Shown: positions 26,608-37,335, counted from the first letter of the stretch. The stretch is DNA of 64,000 nt from an uncultured archaeon (GCA_902384455.1 CABMCB010000094.1:53305-117304), one strand, 5' to 3'. Made by a program: numbers and translations. The notes: generated by a model not told the origin, from the sequence alone.

Positions 26608-27828
26608 TTATTTTGTTTGCCAGGTCATTAGGTTTCCTTCTTGTTCGTGGGGTATTTTTCTTGGTAGTAGTAGGCCTGTTCTGGAGAATTCTGTGTGGTG
26701 TAGGCTTAGTGTTGCGGGTAGTATGCCGGCGTATATTTCGTCTTTTTGGTCTGGGTTTTGGTCTGCGTCGTTTAGTAGGCGAGTGATTTCTGTTTGTTCT
26801 TGTGGGTTGTCTAGTTGCCATTTTAGTCGTGTTAGGCGGGCTAGTGTGTATGGGCTTGTGGGGTAGGATTGTATTAGGTGTGCTTCTTTTTTTTGGGTTG
26901 CGTTGGCGATTGTTTGCGCTAGTGCCATTGTTGTGCGGGTTAGGAATGCGGACCATCCTTGTTGTTGGTAGGGTGTTTGGGTTTGGGTGTAGTGTATTTC
27001 CCATGTTTTGGCGCTTCCTAGGTTTAGGGTTTGGTATGCGACTTGGGTTTCGTGTCCTTTTGTGCGTGTGGGGTTTGTGTCTGTTATTTCTAGCATTATT
27101 CCTGCGCCGCCCCATACGGCTGTGTGTTCGTCGCCTGTGTCTGCGTCTGCTGGTCGGGTTATTTTGAGTGTGTATCCGTCTTGGAGGGGTATTGTCCAGG
27201 GTTGTCCTTTGTTTCCGTCGTATGCTTTGTTTATTAGGTCGTTGGTGTTTGCGGGGTTTATTGTTTCTGCGGCTGTTTGTATTAGGCGGTCGTCGTCTTG
27301 TTGCGTGAATACGGGGTTGCTTGTGCGTGCGGGCGTTGCTTCTCCTGTAAGTAGGCGCGCTATTTTTTGGGCTGCTGCTTCTGCGGTTTTTGTAAGTAGT
27401 ATGCGTTCTTCTTCTTGCATTGGCCGGTGGGCTTTCCAGCTTATTTGGGGGTCTGCGGTGCGTATTTGGTGTTTTTGGGTGTCGAATGGGGTGAAGTTTA
27501 TGCAGGCTAGGTCTTGGTCTCCTTGGGCTAGGAACATTCGGAAGGGGGGTATGCCTGCTTTTGGCGTGATGTCTATGCGGTATTCGACGTCCAAGTGTAT
27601 TGTTGCTTTGCGGTTTAGTTCGGCTATTGTTTGAGCGCGGTTTGGGTATTGGTTGGTTCTTGCTCGCCAGTAGCGTCTTATGTCTCGTCCGAAGTCGTAT
27701 ATTCCTTCTCTGTTGTCGGGTAGTGCGTCTAGGATTCGTTTGGTTACTGGGTCTATCTGGAGGGTTTCTGGGGGCGCGGGTGTTTCGCCGGGTTTGTGTT
27801 GTATGGGGTCGGGTTGGTTGACTAGCAT
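26608..27828 (-). CDS. Hypothetical protein, possible degenerate GNAT-like C-terminal domain
   Basis: 406-aa ORF; WEIHYTQTQTPYQQQGWSAFL resembles GNAT motif A (weak). Confidence 0.65.
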   Translation of the reverse strand: MLVNQPDPIQHKPGETPAPPETLQIDPVTKRILDALPDNREGIYDFGRDIRRYWRARTNQYPNRAQTIAELNRKATIHLDVEYRIDITPKAGIPPFRMFLAQGDQDLACINFTPFDTQKHQIRTADPQISWKAHRPMQEEERILLTKTAEAAAQKIARLLTGEATPARTSNPVFTQQDDDRLIQTAAETINPANTNDLINKAYDGNKGQPWTIPLQDGYTLKITRPADADTGDEHTAVWGGAGIMLEITDTNPTRTKGHETQVAYQTLNLGSAKTWEIHYTQTQTPYQQQGWSAFLTRTTMALAQTIANATQKKEAHLIQSYPTSPYTLARLTRLKWQLDNPQEQTEITRLLNDADQNPDQKDEIYAGILPATLSLHHTEFSRTGLLLPRKIPHEQEGNLMTWQTK

Positions 27829-27854
27829 TGTTATTAACCTGCGTTGGGAGTTAA

Positions 27855-28466
27855 TTAATTCGGCTTTTGTGCTGTGAAGTATATGTCGGCGTGTATGTGT
27901 GTTCCGCCGTGTGTGTGGTTTACTAGGTCTTCGGTGATTTCGACTTCAGTCATTCCCGCCAGCATTTCCCTTATTTCTTTTTTTGTGAAGTATTTTCCTT
28001 CGCTGCCTCTTGTGCCTTTTGGCCCGAATTTTTCGTCTTTTTCGCTTGGAACTGAGTGGACTAGCAGTCCCCCGGGCTTAAGCACCCTCATCATCTCGTC
28101 GAACGCCTTTTTCCTTTCGGTGCTGGTGAATATGTGGAATATGAAGAATCCGTATACTGCGTCATATGAGGCGTCTTTGAATGGTAGGTTTAGAAGCGAC
28201 CCCAATCGTAAGTCTGCTTTGGGGAAGAGTTTTTTTCCCAGACGCAACGCCTCCTCGGAGGCGTCTATTCCAACCGCCTCAAAGCCTTCCCGCCGGAAGT
28301 ATTCCACGTCCCGGCCGTATGCGCAGCCGACCTCAAGGATTCCGCAGGCTTTTTTCTTTTTGAACAATTCTGCGGCTTTGACTGCGGCGGGGCTTGGTTC
28401 TATGCCCCATACTGCGCCTTCTTGTTTGAAGCGGTGGTTCCAGAGTTTTGCCGAGTCGTCTTCCAT
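27855..28466 (-). CDS. Class I SAM-dependent methyltransferase
   Basis: ILEVGCAYGRD motif I, GIDAS, LPFKDASYDAV, RVLKPGG; probable start ATG 28466 in TAATG overlap with the upstream stop. Confidence 0.9.
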   Translation of the reverse strand: MEDDSAKLWNHRFKQEGAVWGIEPSPAAVKAAELFKKKKACGILEVGCAYGRDVEYFRREGFEAVGIDASEEALRLGKKLFPKADLRLGSLLNLPFKDASYDAVYGFFIFHIFTSTERKKAFDEMMRVLKPGGLLVHSVPSEKDEKFGPKGTRGSEGKYFTKKEIREMLAGMTEVEITEDLVNHTHGGTHIHADIYFTAQKPN

Positions 28467-29326
28467 TAGTTGAATGTGGCTATTGGAAGGCTTATGAGGT
28501 TCCATCCTCCGAACATGATTGTGCGGTAGGTTATTGCTTGCAGGCAGTTTACGCATTGGATTGTTCTGGAGCCCGTGTCTTCTTGCGCGGTGTTGTCTGC
28601 TGTTGCTCGTAGCGTGAATGTTATGTTTCCGTTGTCTGTTGCGCCTGCTGCGGGTTGTATGTTTAGTGTGCCTGTGATTTGTGCGCCTGCTGCCAGTGTT
28701 CCGCCCGATATTATTGCGCTTCCTGTTCCGTCTTGGTAGGATAGGGAGTTGGAGGGGGTTGTGGTTATGGCGAGGCGTAGGTTGCTGGTGGATGCTGTTT
28801 GGGCGTCTCCTATGTTTGTGAGGCGGTATTGGACTGCGGCTGTGGTTCCGCCGTTTATTGCTGCGGGGACGCTTATTATTTCCAGGTTGAGCACAGGCTG
28901 GTTTTTGACTTCGATTGTTCCTGTGGGGCTTCCTGTTGCGGGGTTTATTGTGTCGCCGCCTGTTGAGCTTCCGCGTACTTCGATGATTATTACGCTTCCG
29001 TCGTATGTTCCTGTTGTTGTGGGTTGTATTTCGAATGTTGCGGTGCCAGAGCATGAGGGTAGTGTCTTGTAGTTTATGTCGTAGTTGTCGCGGACTCCCC
29101 ATCCGGAGGGTATGCTTGTGACTTTTGCTTGGCAGTTTGTGACTGAGACGCCGGAGGGACTTGAGTAGGTGAATCCTATTTGAGTGTAGAGGTCTTTGCT
29201 GTAGGGGCTTGTTTCAGTGAAAGCTACGTTGCTGATGCTCATGCTGTATGTGGCCGCGTACGCTGTCTGGGCGATGAAGGCGGTTAGTATTAGCGCCGCC
29301 CAAGCCGTCTTGGTTGTTTTGTTCAT
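28466..29326 (-). CDS. Secreted Ig-like protein with C-terminal GWNLISLP motif
   Basis: Signal peptide; beta-rich; ends ITYRTIMFGGWNLISLPIATFN. Confidence 0.8.
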   Translation of the reverse strand: MNKTTKTAWAALILTAFIAQTAYAATYSMSISNVAFTETSPYSKDLYTQIGFTYSSPSGVSVTNCQAKVTSIPSGWGVRDNYDINYKTLPSCSGTATFEIQPTTTGTYDGSVIIIEVRGSSTGGDTINPATGSPTGTIEVKNQPVLNLEIISVPAAINGGTTAAVQYRLTNIGDAQTASTSNLRLAITTTPSNSLSYQDGTGSAIISGGTLAAGAQITGTLNIQPAAGATDNGNITFTLRATADNTAQEDTGSRTIQCVNCLQAITYRTIMFGGWNLISLPIATFN

Positions 29327-29327
29327 T

Positions 29328-32300
29328 TTATGGTCCTCCTCCGGTTGCGTCTCTGTCGCAGGCGTTGTCTGCGAAGGACCAGGTGCATAATGCTCCTGGG
29401 CCGGGTGTTTGGTCGCAGATGCTTTGTTGGGTTATTATGTTGCAGCTTGCGCATTGGTTGTGGCCTGGGTCCCAGAAGCATGGGGGGTCGGCTGCGTTGC
29501 ATGCGCCTTGCGTTGCGTATGTTGTGCAGTCTACTGGGTCGCCGGTTGGGTTACATTCGCTTAGTCCGCCGTCCCACGCGCATAGGCCGTGGCTGTTGTC
29601 GCATACGTTTTGGACTATGATGCTGTTGCATGCGTCTGGGTTGCCTCCGCCTCCTCCGCTGAATGCTATTCTCATGCACTTGTTTTTGTCGGCGTCCCAG
29701 TTGCATTCGGGTAGGTGGCTGCAGGAGCTTTCGTCTTGTATCATGTTGCAGCTTAGGCATTTGTCGCCTTCGGGTGTTCCTGTGACCCATAGGCAGGGTG
29801 GGTTGGCGTTTGTGCAGTCGCTTTGGTTTTTGAGGTCGCGGCAGTATACGGGGTTGGGGTTGGGTTGGCAGGTGCTTAGTCCGGCGTTCCAGCTGCATAG
29901 TCCGGGTGGGTTGGATGCGCATACCGTGTTGTTGGCGACTCCTTCGCAGGCTTCAACTTGAGGTCCTTCGCCGCCTCCGCCCCCGCCGCCTTTGCCTCTG
30001 AAGTCGAACCAGATGCTGCTTTCTTCGCTGTCTCCTGCGTCTTCTTGTATTAGGATGCGGACTTCGTAGCCGAATCCTTCGTACCAGCTTGTGTTGTCTG
30101 TGAGGGCGATTAGCAGGAACATTAGGCCGTCGCTGTCTAGGCGGTTGTCGTCGATTGTTATGCCGTCGTAGTGGACTGAGACGTTTATGTCGCTGTAGTT
30201 GGCGAGGTCTGTTTCCTGCCATCGGCCGCCTATTACGCCGAACATTGATATGCCTGTGACGTTTACTGTGCCGGATATGGGTTGTCCGTTGAAGTCTCTG
30301 ACGCGTATTCCTACTGTGAGGTTGCTTCTTGTGGTTAGGGATTGGCCCCACCATCCTTGGTATCTTTCTAGTAGGTGTACGGGTTCGCTTGTGTTTGCGT
30401 CCCATATTTCGTAGCCGCTTTGGGTGAATAGCGCGCCTGATGCGTTTCTGTATGGCAGGTTCATGAAGTTCCAGGTTCCTATGTTGCCTTGGGCTTCTGC
30501 CATGAGTCCTGCTTCGTCTGTTTGGCTTCCGGATGTGGGGTTTTGGTCTGTGCAGTTCATTCCTTCCCCGCCTCCTTCGCATTCGCGGTCGAATCGTATC
30601 ATGTTGCTGTCGTCGTCTCCTCGTATCATGCCTTGTTGGGCGGGTTCGTCTTGGCCGCGTTCTTCTGCGTAGAGGATGAATGTTACGTTTCTGCCGCTGT
30701 TGTTGTTTAGGGGTGTGGGCCATGCTGTTTCTGGGGCGATGCTGCGTTTGTATTGTCCGTTTACTGAGCGGGGTATTCCTAGTGTTTTGGTTGGGTTTTG
30801 GGCTATGACTACGCCGTCGTTTTGGCTTAGGTAGCTTAGGTAGTAGTTGGTGCCGTCGAAGTTGGTTAGGTTGCCGTACTGGCGGCCTTCGTTTGGTGTG
30901 AGTATGGTGTCGTTGGATAGGTAGATGGATGTTAGTGTTACGTCGCTTTGGCTTTCGTTTCCGTCTATGGCGACTGCGTTGTATAGGGTTCCGCTTACGT
31001 TTATTTTGCATAGGAGTTTTTGGTAGTTTTCGTTTGTGTAGTGGTCTTGGGTTTCGGCGGGTAGTCCGCTTACGTTGTAGCCTAGGGTTACCATGCCGTT
31101 TGTTAGGGTTACGCTTGCGTTTACTGAGTTGTCGCCGTTTACTCCTCCGAATGTTATTTTGACTCCGCGTCGTTCCTGGGTTGGTTGTCCGGGGTTGAGC
31201 CACATTTCGTCGGCGCCGCATCCTCTGCAGGTGGTTTCGTTTATTAGGAATCTTGCGGTCTGTTCGGTGTTGTTGGACTCGGACAGAGTGACTAAGTACG
31301 CCTGATACTGTTTCTCTTCAGCGAGGTTGAATGTGGTCCAGCCGTAATCCAGTGGGCTTATGTAGAGGACGTTTAGGATTATTGTGTCGTTGAGCCAGCT
31401 GTTGTAGACTCCTATGTCTTCGCCTTGGTGTTTTCCTGAGGTACCTGTGAAGTTGCTTGTGGCGCTCGTGTAGAACACGGGGTCTGCTGGGTTTGTCGTG
31501 TCTATTGCGTACCAAAGGTTCCTCCAGCTTGCGTAAGTAACCAGGTAGCTGCCGCTTGGGCCGACAAGCGCGCCTTGGTTTGGGTCGACTTTTATGTTGG
31601 AGTGTATTGTGTCGTTGTATTTCGTCTGAAGGTCGAATGTGATTTGATACATTGTGCCGGTCCACGTGGCGTTGAATATAGTCAGGTTTACTTCCGCTTC
31701 GCCTCCGGGGCAGCCTTGTTGGGCGCACCAGTCTTGGGTGTTGGCGTCGCCTCTAACTTGGATTACTCCAGTCTCGTTTGGTATTCCGGATGCGTCTAAG
31801 GCTACTGCCTTCTGGGCTGTGCTTAGGTTGAGGTCGTCGTCTATGTAGAGGTTTGTGGGCAGTCCGCCTGTGTCGTTTATGAACATGTAGGCGTTGGTGT
31901 TCACGCCTTCCCTGCGTATGCCAGTGTCGTAGCAGACTTGGTATAAGCCGTTTGTTGGGCCGCCGCATCCTGTGGCTGCGCCTGCTCCTTTGGTTATTAT
32001 TGCGGTGTTTGTTTGGGCGGCTTCGAATACCGTCTGGCATCCGTCTGGGCGGCATATGATGCCTTTGAATGTGTATGTTATGTTTTCCTGTGGGTCTTGT
32101 ATTTGGCCGTCTGGGAATTGCCGTTCTCTTGTTAGCACCACGTCTCCTTGGGAGTAGGCTGCGGCGCCTGAGTAGTTGCCTGCGGCGGCTTTTATGAAGA
32201 GGTGTTGGATGTTTTGGTTGTAGAGGGCTGTGTAGCTGTCGTAAATCATGGAGGGGCCGAAGTCGTTGCTTAAGTATCCGGTGAAGTTGGCTTCGGGTAG

Positions 32301-35300
32301 GTCGGCGAGTATTTGTTCGAGTAGTGTGCCGTTTGTGTTTATCCATTCGGTTTGGGTTCCGCGGCTTTCCCACCATGTTAGCCGGCAGCTTGTTGCGTTG
32401 AAGTCTGTGAAGGCGGGGATTTTTATTACGTTTTTGAATAGTTCTGTTCGGCTGTCGAATGCGCGTACTTGTAGGAAAGGTGCCTCCCAGGGTTCAGGCA
32501 CTTCTGTGATTGTTCCGTTGGGGTCTGTAGCCCTGTATAGGACTCGGAAGCTTCCGGGCACTGCTATGTTGACTGTGAGGAAGCCCATTCCGTCGTCTCC
32601 GACAACTGCAGGCCACCATGTGTAGTTGTTTGGGTCTAGCGGTTGGAATGTGCGGTCGTTGACTATTTCTGCGACGGTTATGTTTAGGTTTCTGGTGCGG
32701 CTGTATATTGGGATTGTGATGTTGCTTTGTTTGCGGTGCGTCCCAAGCCAGTTGTCTCTGCCGCTTTCGTTGAATGCGAATAGGACGTCGAAGAAGTCTC
32801 CTTTGATTAGGTAGAGTGTTTTGCCTGCGTAGTTAAGGTTTGCTCCGTTGCCGCCTATTATTATCGGAGTTTCCGCGGTGAAGTCTAAGTCGAGGTTGGT
32901 GTCGACGAGGGCGGTGTCGTAGACTCCCGACGTGTGCGGGTCCATGAGTACGAATGGGATTCCGTAGCTTGCTCTGTTTTGGCCGCGGTCTATTTCGCCG
33001 TCGTGATTGAAGTCTACGTCTACGAAGTCTTCGCCTATTGTTCCTATGCGCAGTACGCCGGATAGCGTTACGTTTCCGCTCGTGTTTACGCGTAGGTCGC
33101 GGAGTTCCCAGGTATTGGCGAATATGACTGGGGCTAGTGTGACGCTGTCGCGTTGTATTTTGGATATGCGGAACTTTGCGCCTGAGGAGTCTGTTATTGT
33201 GTCTCCGACTGAAAGCGGGGTCAGGCTTCCGTTAGTGAGGTCGGCGTCGTTTTGGGCTACGTATACGCGCGCTGAACTTACTGACTCCCAGCTGACTGGT
33301 CCGACGATTAGGTTGAATCCGCGCAGTACGGTGAGGTTTCCTGATGTGTTGTAGTAGCTGTAGAATTGGTTTAGTGCGACCTCTTCGTCGTGGTTTCTGA
33401 CCTGAAGTATTTCAGCCCTTACGCCGGTCTTGTTTATTAGGCCGCAGCTGTAGTTGCTGCTTATTACGGGGTATGGGCAGCCTCCTGGGTATTGGTCGTA
33501 GAATCTGTTGCCTCTTTGTTCGTCGTAGTAGTAGAGTTTGTAGGAGGATGTTGTGTTGTAGTCTTGGCTCCATGTCTGTAGTATGTTGGCTAGGCCGTAT
33601 GTGAATGATCTTAGGCTGAACCATTGGCTGTAGATTACGTTTCCTGGTTGTCCGTCTCCGAATGTGACGTTGAATCGTAGTTGTAGTACGTATTCTCCTT
33701 TGTTTAGTCCTGCGTTGGATAGTGTTGCGGTTAGTACGCGGCTTGCGTTGACGTCGTTTTCCCATGTGAGGTTGATTATGTTTTCGGGGTGGGGTATTGT
33801 TTGGTCGCCTTCTTTTCCTCCGCCGCCCATCTTGAGCAGGCGCACCAGCGACGCGTCTGTTACGTTTGACGATGGGTCTGCGCTTACGCGGAAGCGCAGT
33901 GATTCGCCTGGCGAGAACACTGGTTCTCCTCTAAGAAGGAATTCCACGTCTATGTTGAATGGGGAGACTGAGAAGTGGTTGAATCCTGACGCCATCCTGC
34001 CTTGCGCGTCTTCGCCGACAGCCTCAATATCGTATTCTCCACCTAACGATGCGGCTTGCAGTATGAATGAGCTGACGTTGACGTTCCCGTACTGCGGGAT
34101 TAAGCACCACGCTACGTTTGTTATGTTGGGAGTGAGCGACCGGAATACGGGTTCGCCGTTGAGGTTTGTGAACTGGAACAGCTGGGACTGGTCTAGGCGG
34201 GGTGTGGCTTGTACTATGCCTCCTCCGGCTTCGAATCCTACTATGGCGAACGCCTGGCTTCCCACCACCTTTATGGGGCCGCCGCCTCCGTCTTTGCCTC
34301 CTGCGTTTAGGGGTGTGCAGTTGCCTCCGGTTCGTTCTACTGCGAATACGGTCAGGTAGAAGTCTTGTATTTTGAAGAATCCTCGTCCGTAGTCAATGTT
34401 TCCGTCGGCGTCTCTTACGCGGATGGATACGTCGTATTCTCCTACGGTCAGGTTTTCTGTGGGGTCTATTGTTACGTTGGCGCGGCCGTCGCTTCCTGTT
34501 GTTGCTCTTATTGCGGTGTAGTTGAATGTTCTGCTGGTTCTTTGGTGGCGTATTTCTTGTATGTATACGTCTACGTTGCTTGCTGGGCCGCGTGGGCCTC
34601 TGACTTCTATGGTTAGGTTTATGCTGTCTCCGGGTGCGAAGTAGTCGAATCCGGCGTTTGAGTTGGGGTATCCGCGTATGTCGTATCTTTTGATTTCAAA
34701 TCCTCCGCCTCCTATGCCGGTTGTGGGGGTGGAGTTTATTGTTGTTGTGATGCGGTATCTTAGGGAGTGGAAGCTTGTTGTTGTGTTTGGTAGTTGTATC
34801 CAGAGGATGGTTGTGTTTTCTTGTCCTATTGTGGTTGTTTGCCAGCCCCATGCTGTGACTGCGTCGAGTATGTTTGTTCCTTGGGCGAATAGTTCTTGCG
34901 GTTCGATGTTTTGGATGTTTTCGGGGGATACTTCGTTTCCGGTCTGTAGGTCTTTTACTGTTATTTTGAGGGTGACGTTTGATGAGGGGGGGAATTGCGG
35001 GCGGAATGTGTTTGACGTTAGGTCCCATGGTTGCGCGTATGTTTCTAGGTTTTGTATTAGCAGTTTTGAGCGTGCTTCTGTTGTTTCTCCGTTTAGGTTT
35101 AGTGTGGCGTGAAGGGCGTATTCTCCGGGTGTCGCTGGCGCCCAAGGCAGCCACGCCATGCATTGGCTTTCAAACGGCTGGGGGATTAGCGCTGTGGGGG
35201 CTTTGGAGTCGACCGTCTGTTTGACGTTGTCGAAGCCGCCTATGATTCCGGGTGCTGAGCTGTAGTTTGCAAGCAAAGTCCCTGAAGAGTCCGTTATTTC

Positions 35301-37022
35301 AAGGCTGATTAGGGATTGGTTGCAGACGTTTACGTCGTCGCTCACGTTTTCGTCTATGGGCAGGAGGTCTTGAGGATCCAGGTTTTTGGCTATGTCGCCT
35401 TTGACCCCGAAGTTTGTGGCAAGCAGAGTTATGAATCCTTCCGCGTTTGGCGGAAACGCTCCGAAGTCGGGTTCAGGGTTACCCGGGAGGAACCGGATAG
35501 GCTGCATCTGGAGCTCAAATGATTTGACGGTGATTGAACGCCCGATTACTCGCTCTTCAACGCCGTCGTTCACGAGAGTAACAACCACATCCCAGCGGCC
35601 TGTGCTGTTCAGACTGAACAGGGGGGTAAGGTTTGTTGTGAGCCCTATTATGTATTGGTTTGTGGAGTTGCTCCAGAATAGGCCGTCTGCGTCTGTGCCG
35701 TTGTATGTCCATGTTTGGGTGAGGATTGATGATGGGTTGTATATGTCGAATGTTATTGTTGTTATGTTGTCGGCGTCTGTGGTTAGTCCTGCTGCGAGGG
35801 GGGAGTTGATTTGGAAGTCGAATCGGTCGCGGCGCATTAGTGGGTCTCCGACAAGTAGCATTGCGTTCCAGGATGGTTGTAGGTTGAATGTTTCTGCTGC
35901 GAGGTTGTTTGCGATTAGGGTGTAGCTTCCTGCGGCGTATGTTCCTGTTTGGAGTACTGCTTCGTTTGATAGTCCGTCTGCTCCTGTTTGGTCTTCTATG
36001 TGTGTGTCGTTTTTGACGTCGGTTTCTTGGTAGCTTCCGTTTGGTTGTTGTAGGCGGAGTATGAGGCTTGTTATGTTTGTTGATGTTGGGGCTCCGCTTT
36101 GTGTGAACACTGCGAGGGTTATGTTGTCTCCGGTGGTGTAGGGGCGGTCTCCTGGGCCGGGTGGCATCGCCAGTACTACGCCGTTGTTCCATATGTGGGC
36201 TATCCGGTATGGTGCTGTTTCGTTTAGGTTTTGGCAGCGGACTGCGGTGTCGTCTATTGTGCGGCGTAGTTTGGTTGTTGCGTCTGATGTTTCGTTTAAT
36301 ATTGGGTCGTTGTCGAAGTAGGCTTTGTTGTATTCTCCGGGTGCTGTTGGGTCTCCGACCCATACGTAGAGTGTTCCTGTGGTTTCGCCGTCGCCGTCTA
36401 GGTCGCAGCCGAACGATGCTTCGCTTATGCTTCCGTTGTGTAGTGTGCCGCTTAGGGTTGTGTTTTCTCCGCCTACGGGGAATCCTGCGGCAACGTTCCA
36501 TGTGTCGTTTGTGTTTATTGTTATTGTGCGGGCTGCTCCGTCTGGGTTGGTTTCCAATAGGAGTATGCGCATGTAGTAGTCTTCTATGATTGTGAATTCG
36601 TGCGTGATGTTTTTGGCGCCGTCATCCAACTCCATAGTCCATGTTCCTGCGGACGTGAAGTTGTCTCCCGTGTAGGAGAGCGTTGAGGAGGTGTTGAGTG
36701 ATACTGTTTCTACTGGGGGGTTGCCGGCTAATCCTCCTGCTGGGAGGTAGAAGCGGATTTGAACTGGCGTATCGTCTTGGGTTGCTGCGACGTTCACCAG
36801 TAAGGTTTCGCCGGTCCTGAGGAAGCTGGGGCCGGTGACTGAGGTTATGGTGCCGTTTAGTGGGCCATATCCGAATCCTAATGCGGATGAGCCTTGGCCT
36901 GAGGCTTTTGCCTGTGCGCCGCTTCCTCCTGCGGCAAGTAGTAGACCGACGATGAGTGCGGTCGCAAACGGGGGTATTGTCCTTTCGGGGTGTTTCGCCG
37001 ATAATTTAGAAGGAGGCATCAC
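29328..37022 (-). CDS. Giant (2564 aa) secreted surface glycoprotein with a C-terminal Cys-rich repeat region
   Basis: Signal peptide; many N-x-S/T sequons; DxDxDG-like motifs; poly-Gly linkers; repeated C-x-W-x(5-9)-C units at the C-terminus. Confidence 0.85.
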   Translation of the reverse strand: MMPPSKLSAKHPERTIPPFATALIVGLLLAAGGSGAQAKASGQGSSALGFGYGPLNGTITSVTGPSFLRTGETLLVNVAATQDDTPVQIRFYLPAGGLAGNPPVETVSLNTSSTLSYTGDNFTSAGTWTMELDDGAKNITHEFTIIEDYYMRILLLETNPDGAARTITINTNDTWNVAAGFPVGGENTTLSGTLHNGSISEASFGCDLDGDGETTGTLYVWVGDPTAPGEYNKAYFDNDPILNETSDATTKLRRTIDDTAVRCQNLNETAPYRIAHIWNNGVVLAMPPGPGDRPYTTGDNITLAVFTQSGAPTSTNITSLILRLQQPNGSYQETDVKNDTHIEDQTGADGLSNEAVLQTGTYAAGSYTLIANNLAAETFNLQPSWNAMLLVGDPLMRRDRFDFQINSPLAAGLTTDADNITTITFDIYNPSSILTQTWTYNGTDADGLFWSNSTNQYIIGLTTNLTPLFSLNSTGRWDVVVTLVNDGVEERVIGRSITVKSFELQMQPIRFLPGNPEPDFGAFPPNAEGFITLLATNFGVKGDIAKNLDPQDLLPIDENVSDDVNVCNQSLISLEITDSSGTLLANYSSAPGIIGGFDNVKQTVDSKAPTALIPQPFESQCMAWLPWAPATPGEYALHATLNLNGETTEARSKLLIQNLETYAQPWDLTSNTFRPQFPPSSNVTLKITVKDLQTGNEVSPENIQNIEPQELFAQGTNILDAVTAWGWQTTTIGQENTTILWIQLPNTTTSFHSLRYRITTTINSTPTTGIGGGGFEIKRYDIRGYPNSNAGFDYFAPGDSINLTIEVRGPRGPASNVDVYIQEIRHQRTSRTFNYTAIRATTGSDGRANVTIDPTENLTVGEYDVSIRVRDADGNIDYGRGFFKIQDFYLTVFAVERTGGNCTPLNAGGKDGGGGPIKVVGSQAFAIVGFEAGGGIVQATPRLDQSQLFQFTNLNGEPVFRSLTPNITNVAWCLIPQYGNVNVSSFILQAASLGGEYDIEAVGEDAQGRMASGFNHFSVSPFNIDVEFLLRGEPVFSPGESLRFRVSADPSSNVTDASLVRLLKMGGGGKEGDQTIPHPENIINLTWENDVNASRVLTATLSNAGLNKGEYVLQLRFNVTFGDGQPGNVIYSQWFSLRSFTYGLANILQTWSQDYNTTSSYKLYYYDEQRGNRFYDQYPGGCPYPVISSNYSCGLINKTGVRAEILQVRNHDEEVALNQFYSYYNTSGNLTVLRGFNLIVGPVSWESVSSARVYVAQNDADLTNGSLTPLSVGDTITDSSGAKFRISKIQRDSVTLAPVIFANTWELRDLRVNTSGNVTLSGVLRIGTIGEDFVDVDFNHDGEIDRGQNRASYGIPFVLMDPHTSGVYDTALVDTNLDLDFTAETPIIIGGNGANLNYAGKTLYLIKGDFFDVLFAFNESGRDNWLGTHRKQSNITIPIYSRTRNLNITVAEIVNDRTFQPLDPNNYTWWPAVVGDDGMGFLTVNIAVPGSFRVLYRATDPNGTITEVPEPWEAPFLQVRAFDSRTELFKNVIKIPAFTDFNATSCRLTWWESRGTQTEWINTNGTLLEQILADLPEANFTGYLSNDFGPSMIYDSYTALYNQNIQHLFIKAAAGNYSGAAAYSQGDVVLTRERQFPDGQIQDPQENITYTFKGIICRPDGCQTVFEAAQTNTAIITKGAGAATGCGGPTNGLYQVCYDTGIRREGVNTNAYMFINDTGGLPTNLYIDDDLNLSTAQKAVALDASGIPNETGVIQVRGDANTQDWCAQQGCPGGEAEVNLTIFNATWTGTMYQITFDLQTKYNDTIHSNIKVDPNQGALVGPSGSYLVTYASWRNLWYAIDTTNPADPVFYTSATSNFTGTSGKHQGEDIGVYNSWLNDTIILNVLYISPLDYGWTTFNLAEEKQYQAYLVTLSESNNTEQTARFLINETTCRGCGADEMWLNPGQPTQERRGVKITFGGVNGDNSVNASVTLTNGMVTLGYNVSGLPAETQDHYTNENYQKLLCKINVSGTLYNAVAIDGNESQSDVTLTSIYLSNDTILTPNEGRQYGNLTNFDGTNYYLSYLSQNDGVVIAQNPTKTLGIPRSVNGQYKRSIAPETAWPTPLNNNSGRNVTFILYAEERGQDEPAQQGMIRGDDDSNMIRFDRECEGGGEGMNCTDQNPTSGSQTDEAGLMAEAQGNIGTWNFMNLPYRNASGALFTQSGYEIWDANTSEPVHLLERYQGWWGQSLTTRSNLTVGIRVRDFNGQPISGTVNVTGISMFGVIGGRWQETDLANYSDINVSVHYDGITIDDNRLDSDGLMFLLIALTDNTSWYEGFGYEVRILIQEDAGDSEESSIWFDFRGKGGGGGGGEGPQVEACEGVANNTVCASNPPGLCSWNAGLSTCQPNPNPVYCRDLKNQSDCTNANPPCLWVTGTPEGDKCLSCNMIQDESSCSHLPECNWDADKNKCMRIAFSGGGGGNPDACNSIIVQNVCDNSHGLCAWDGGLSECNPTGDPVDCTTYATQGACNAADPPCFWDPGHNQCASCNIITQQSICDQTPGPGALCTWSFADNACDRDATGGGP

Positions 37023-37161
37023 GAGTCATCTCCGTGATTACTTACATCGAGATGCTTAAAAGTGAGGGCTGTTTTTTTCTTGCGGTAGGAAGAAGGTATT
37101 TGGGGAGTTTTGGGAGTCGGCTGGTATATTTATATTACTGTATGTTACTATAGTGTCTGCT

Positions 37162-37326
37162 ATGCCTTCTTTGAAGAAGCAGTCTGGTTCGGGTCTTGCT
37201 GGCTCGGCGGGTTTGATTCGTTATTTTGACGTTGACGAAGGCGGGCCCAAGTTGGATCCTAAGTTGATTATAGCTATCATCAGCGCTTTGATTTTGTTGG
37301 AGTTGCTGTCGAAGGTCCTGGTTTAA
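37162..37326 (+). CDS. secG: Preprotein translocase subunit Sec61-beta
   Basis: Not in the ORF track; manual translation MPSLKKQSGSGLAGSAGLIRYFDVDEGGPKLDPKLIIAIISALILLELLSKVLV*; AGLIRYFD..K.DP plus one TM helix. Confidence 0.92.
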   Translation: MPSLKKQSGSGLAGSAGLIRYFDVDEGGPKLDPKLIIAIISALILLELLSKVLV

Positions 37327-37335
37327 TTTTGTTTT

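Noticed and set aside
28467-29102. Arg/His-rich N-terminal extension of the methyltransferase (ORF 27855..29102)
   Set aside because: It is out-of-frame read-through across the A+C-rich upstream gene; the likely start is ATG 28466.
29551-36501. Long overlapping Arg/Gln/His-rich ORFs (e.g. 29953..31221, 35557..36501)
   Set aside because: They follow from the scarcity of stop codons in T-poor frames of the giant gene and are not protein-like.
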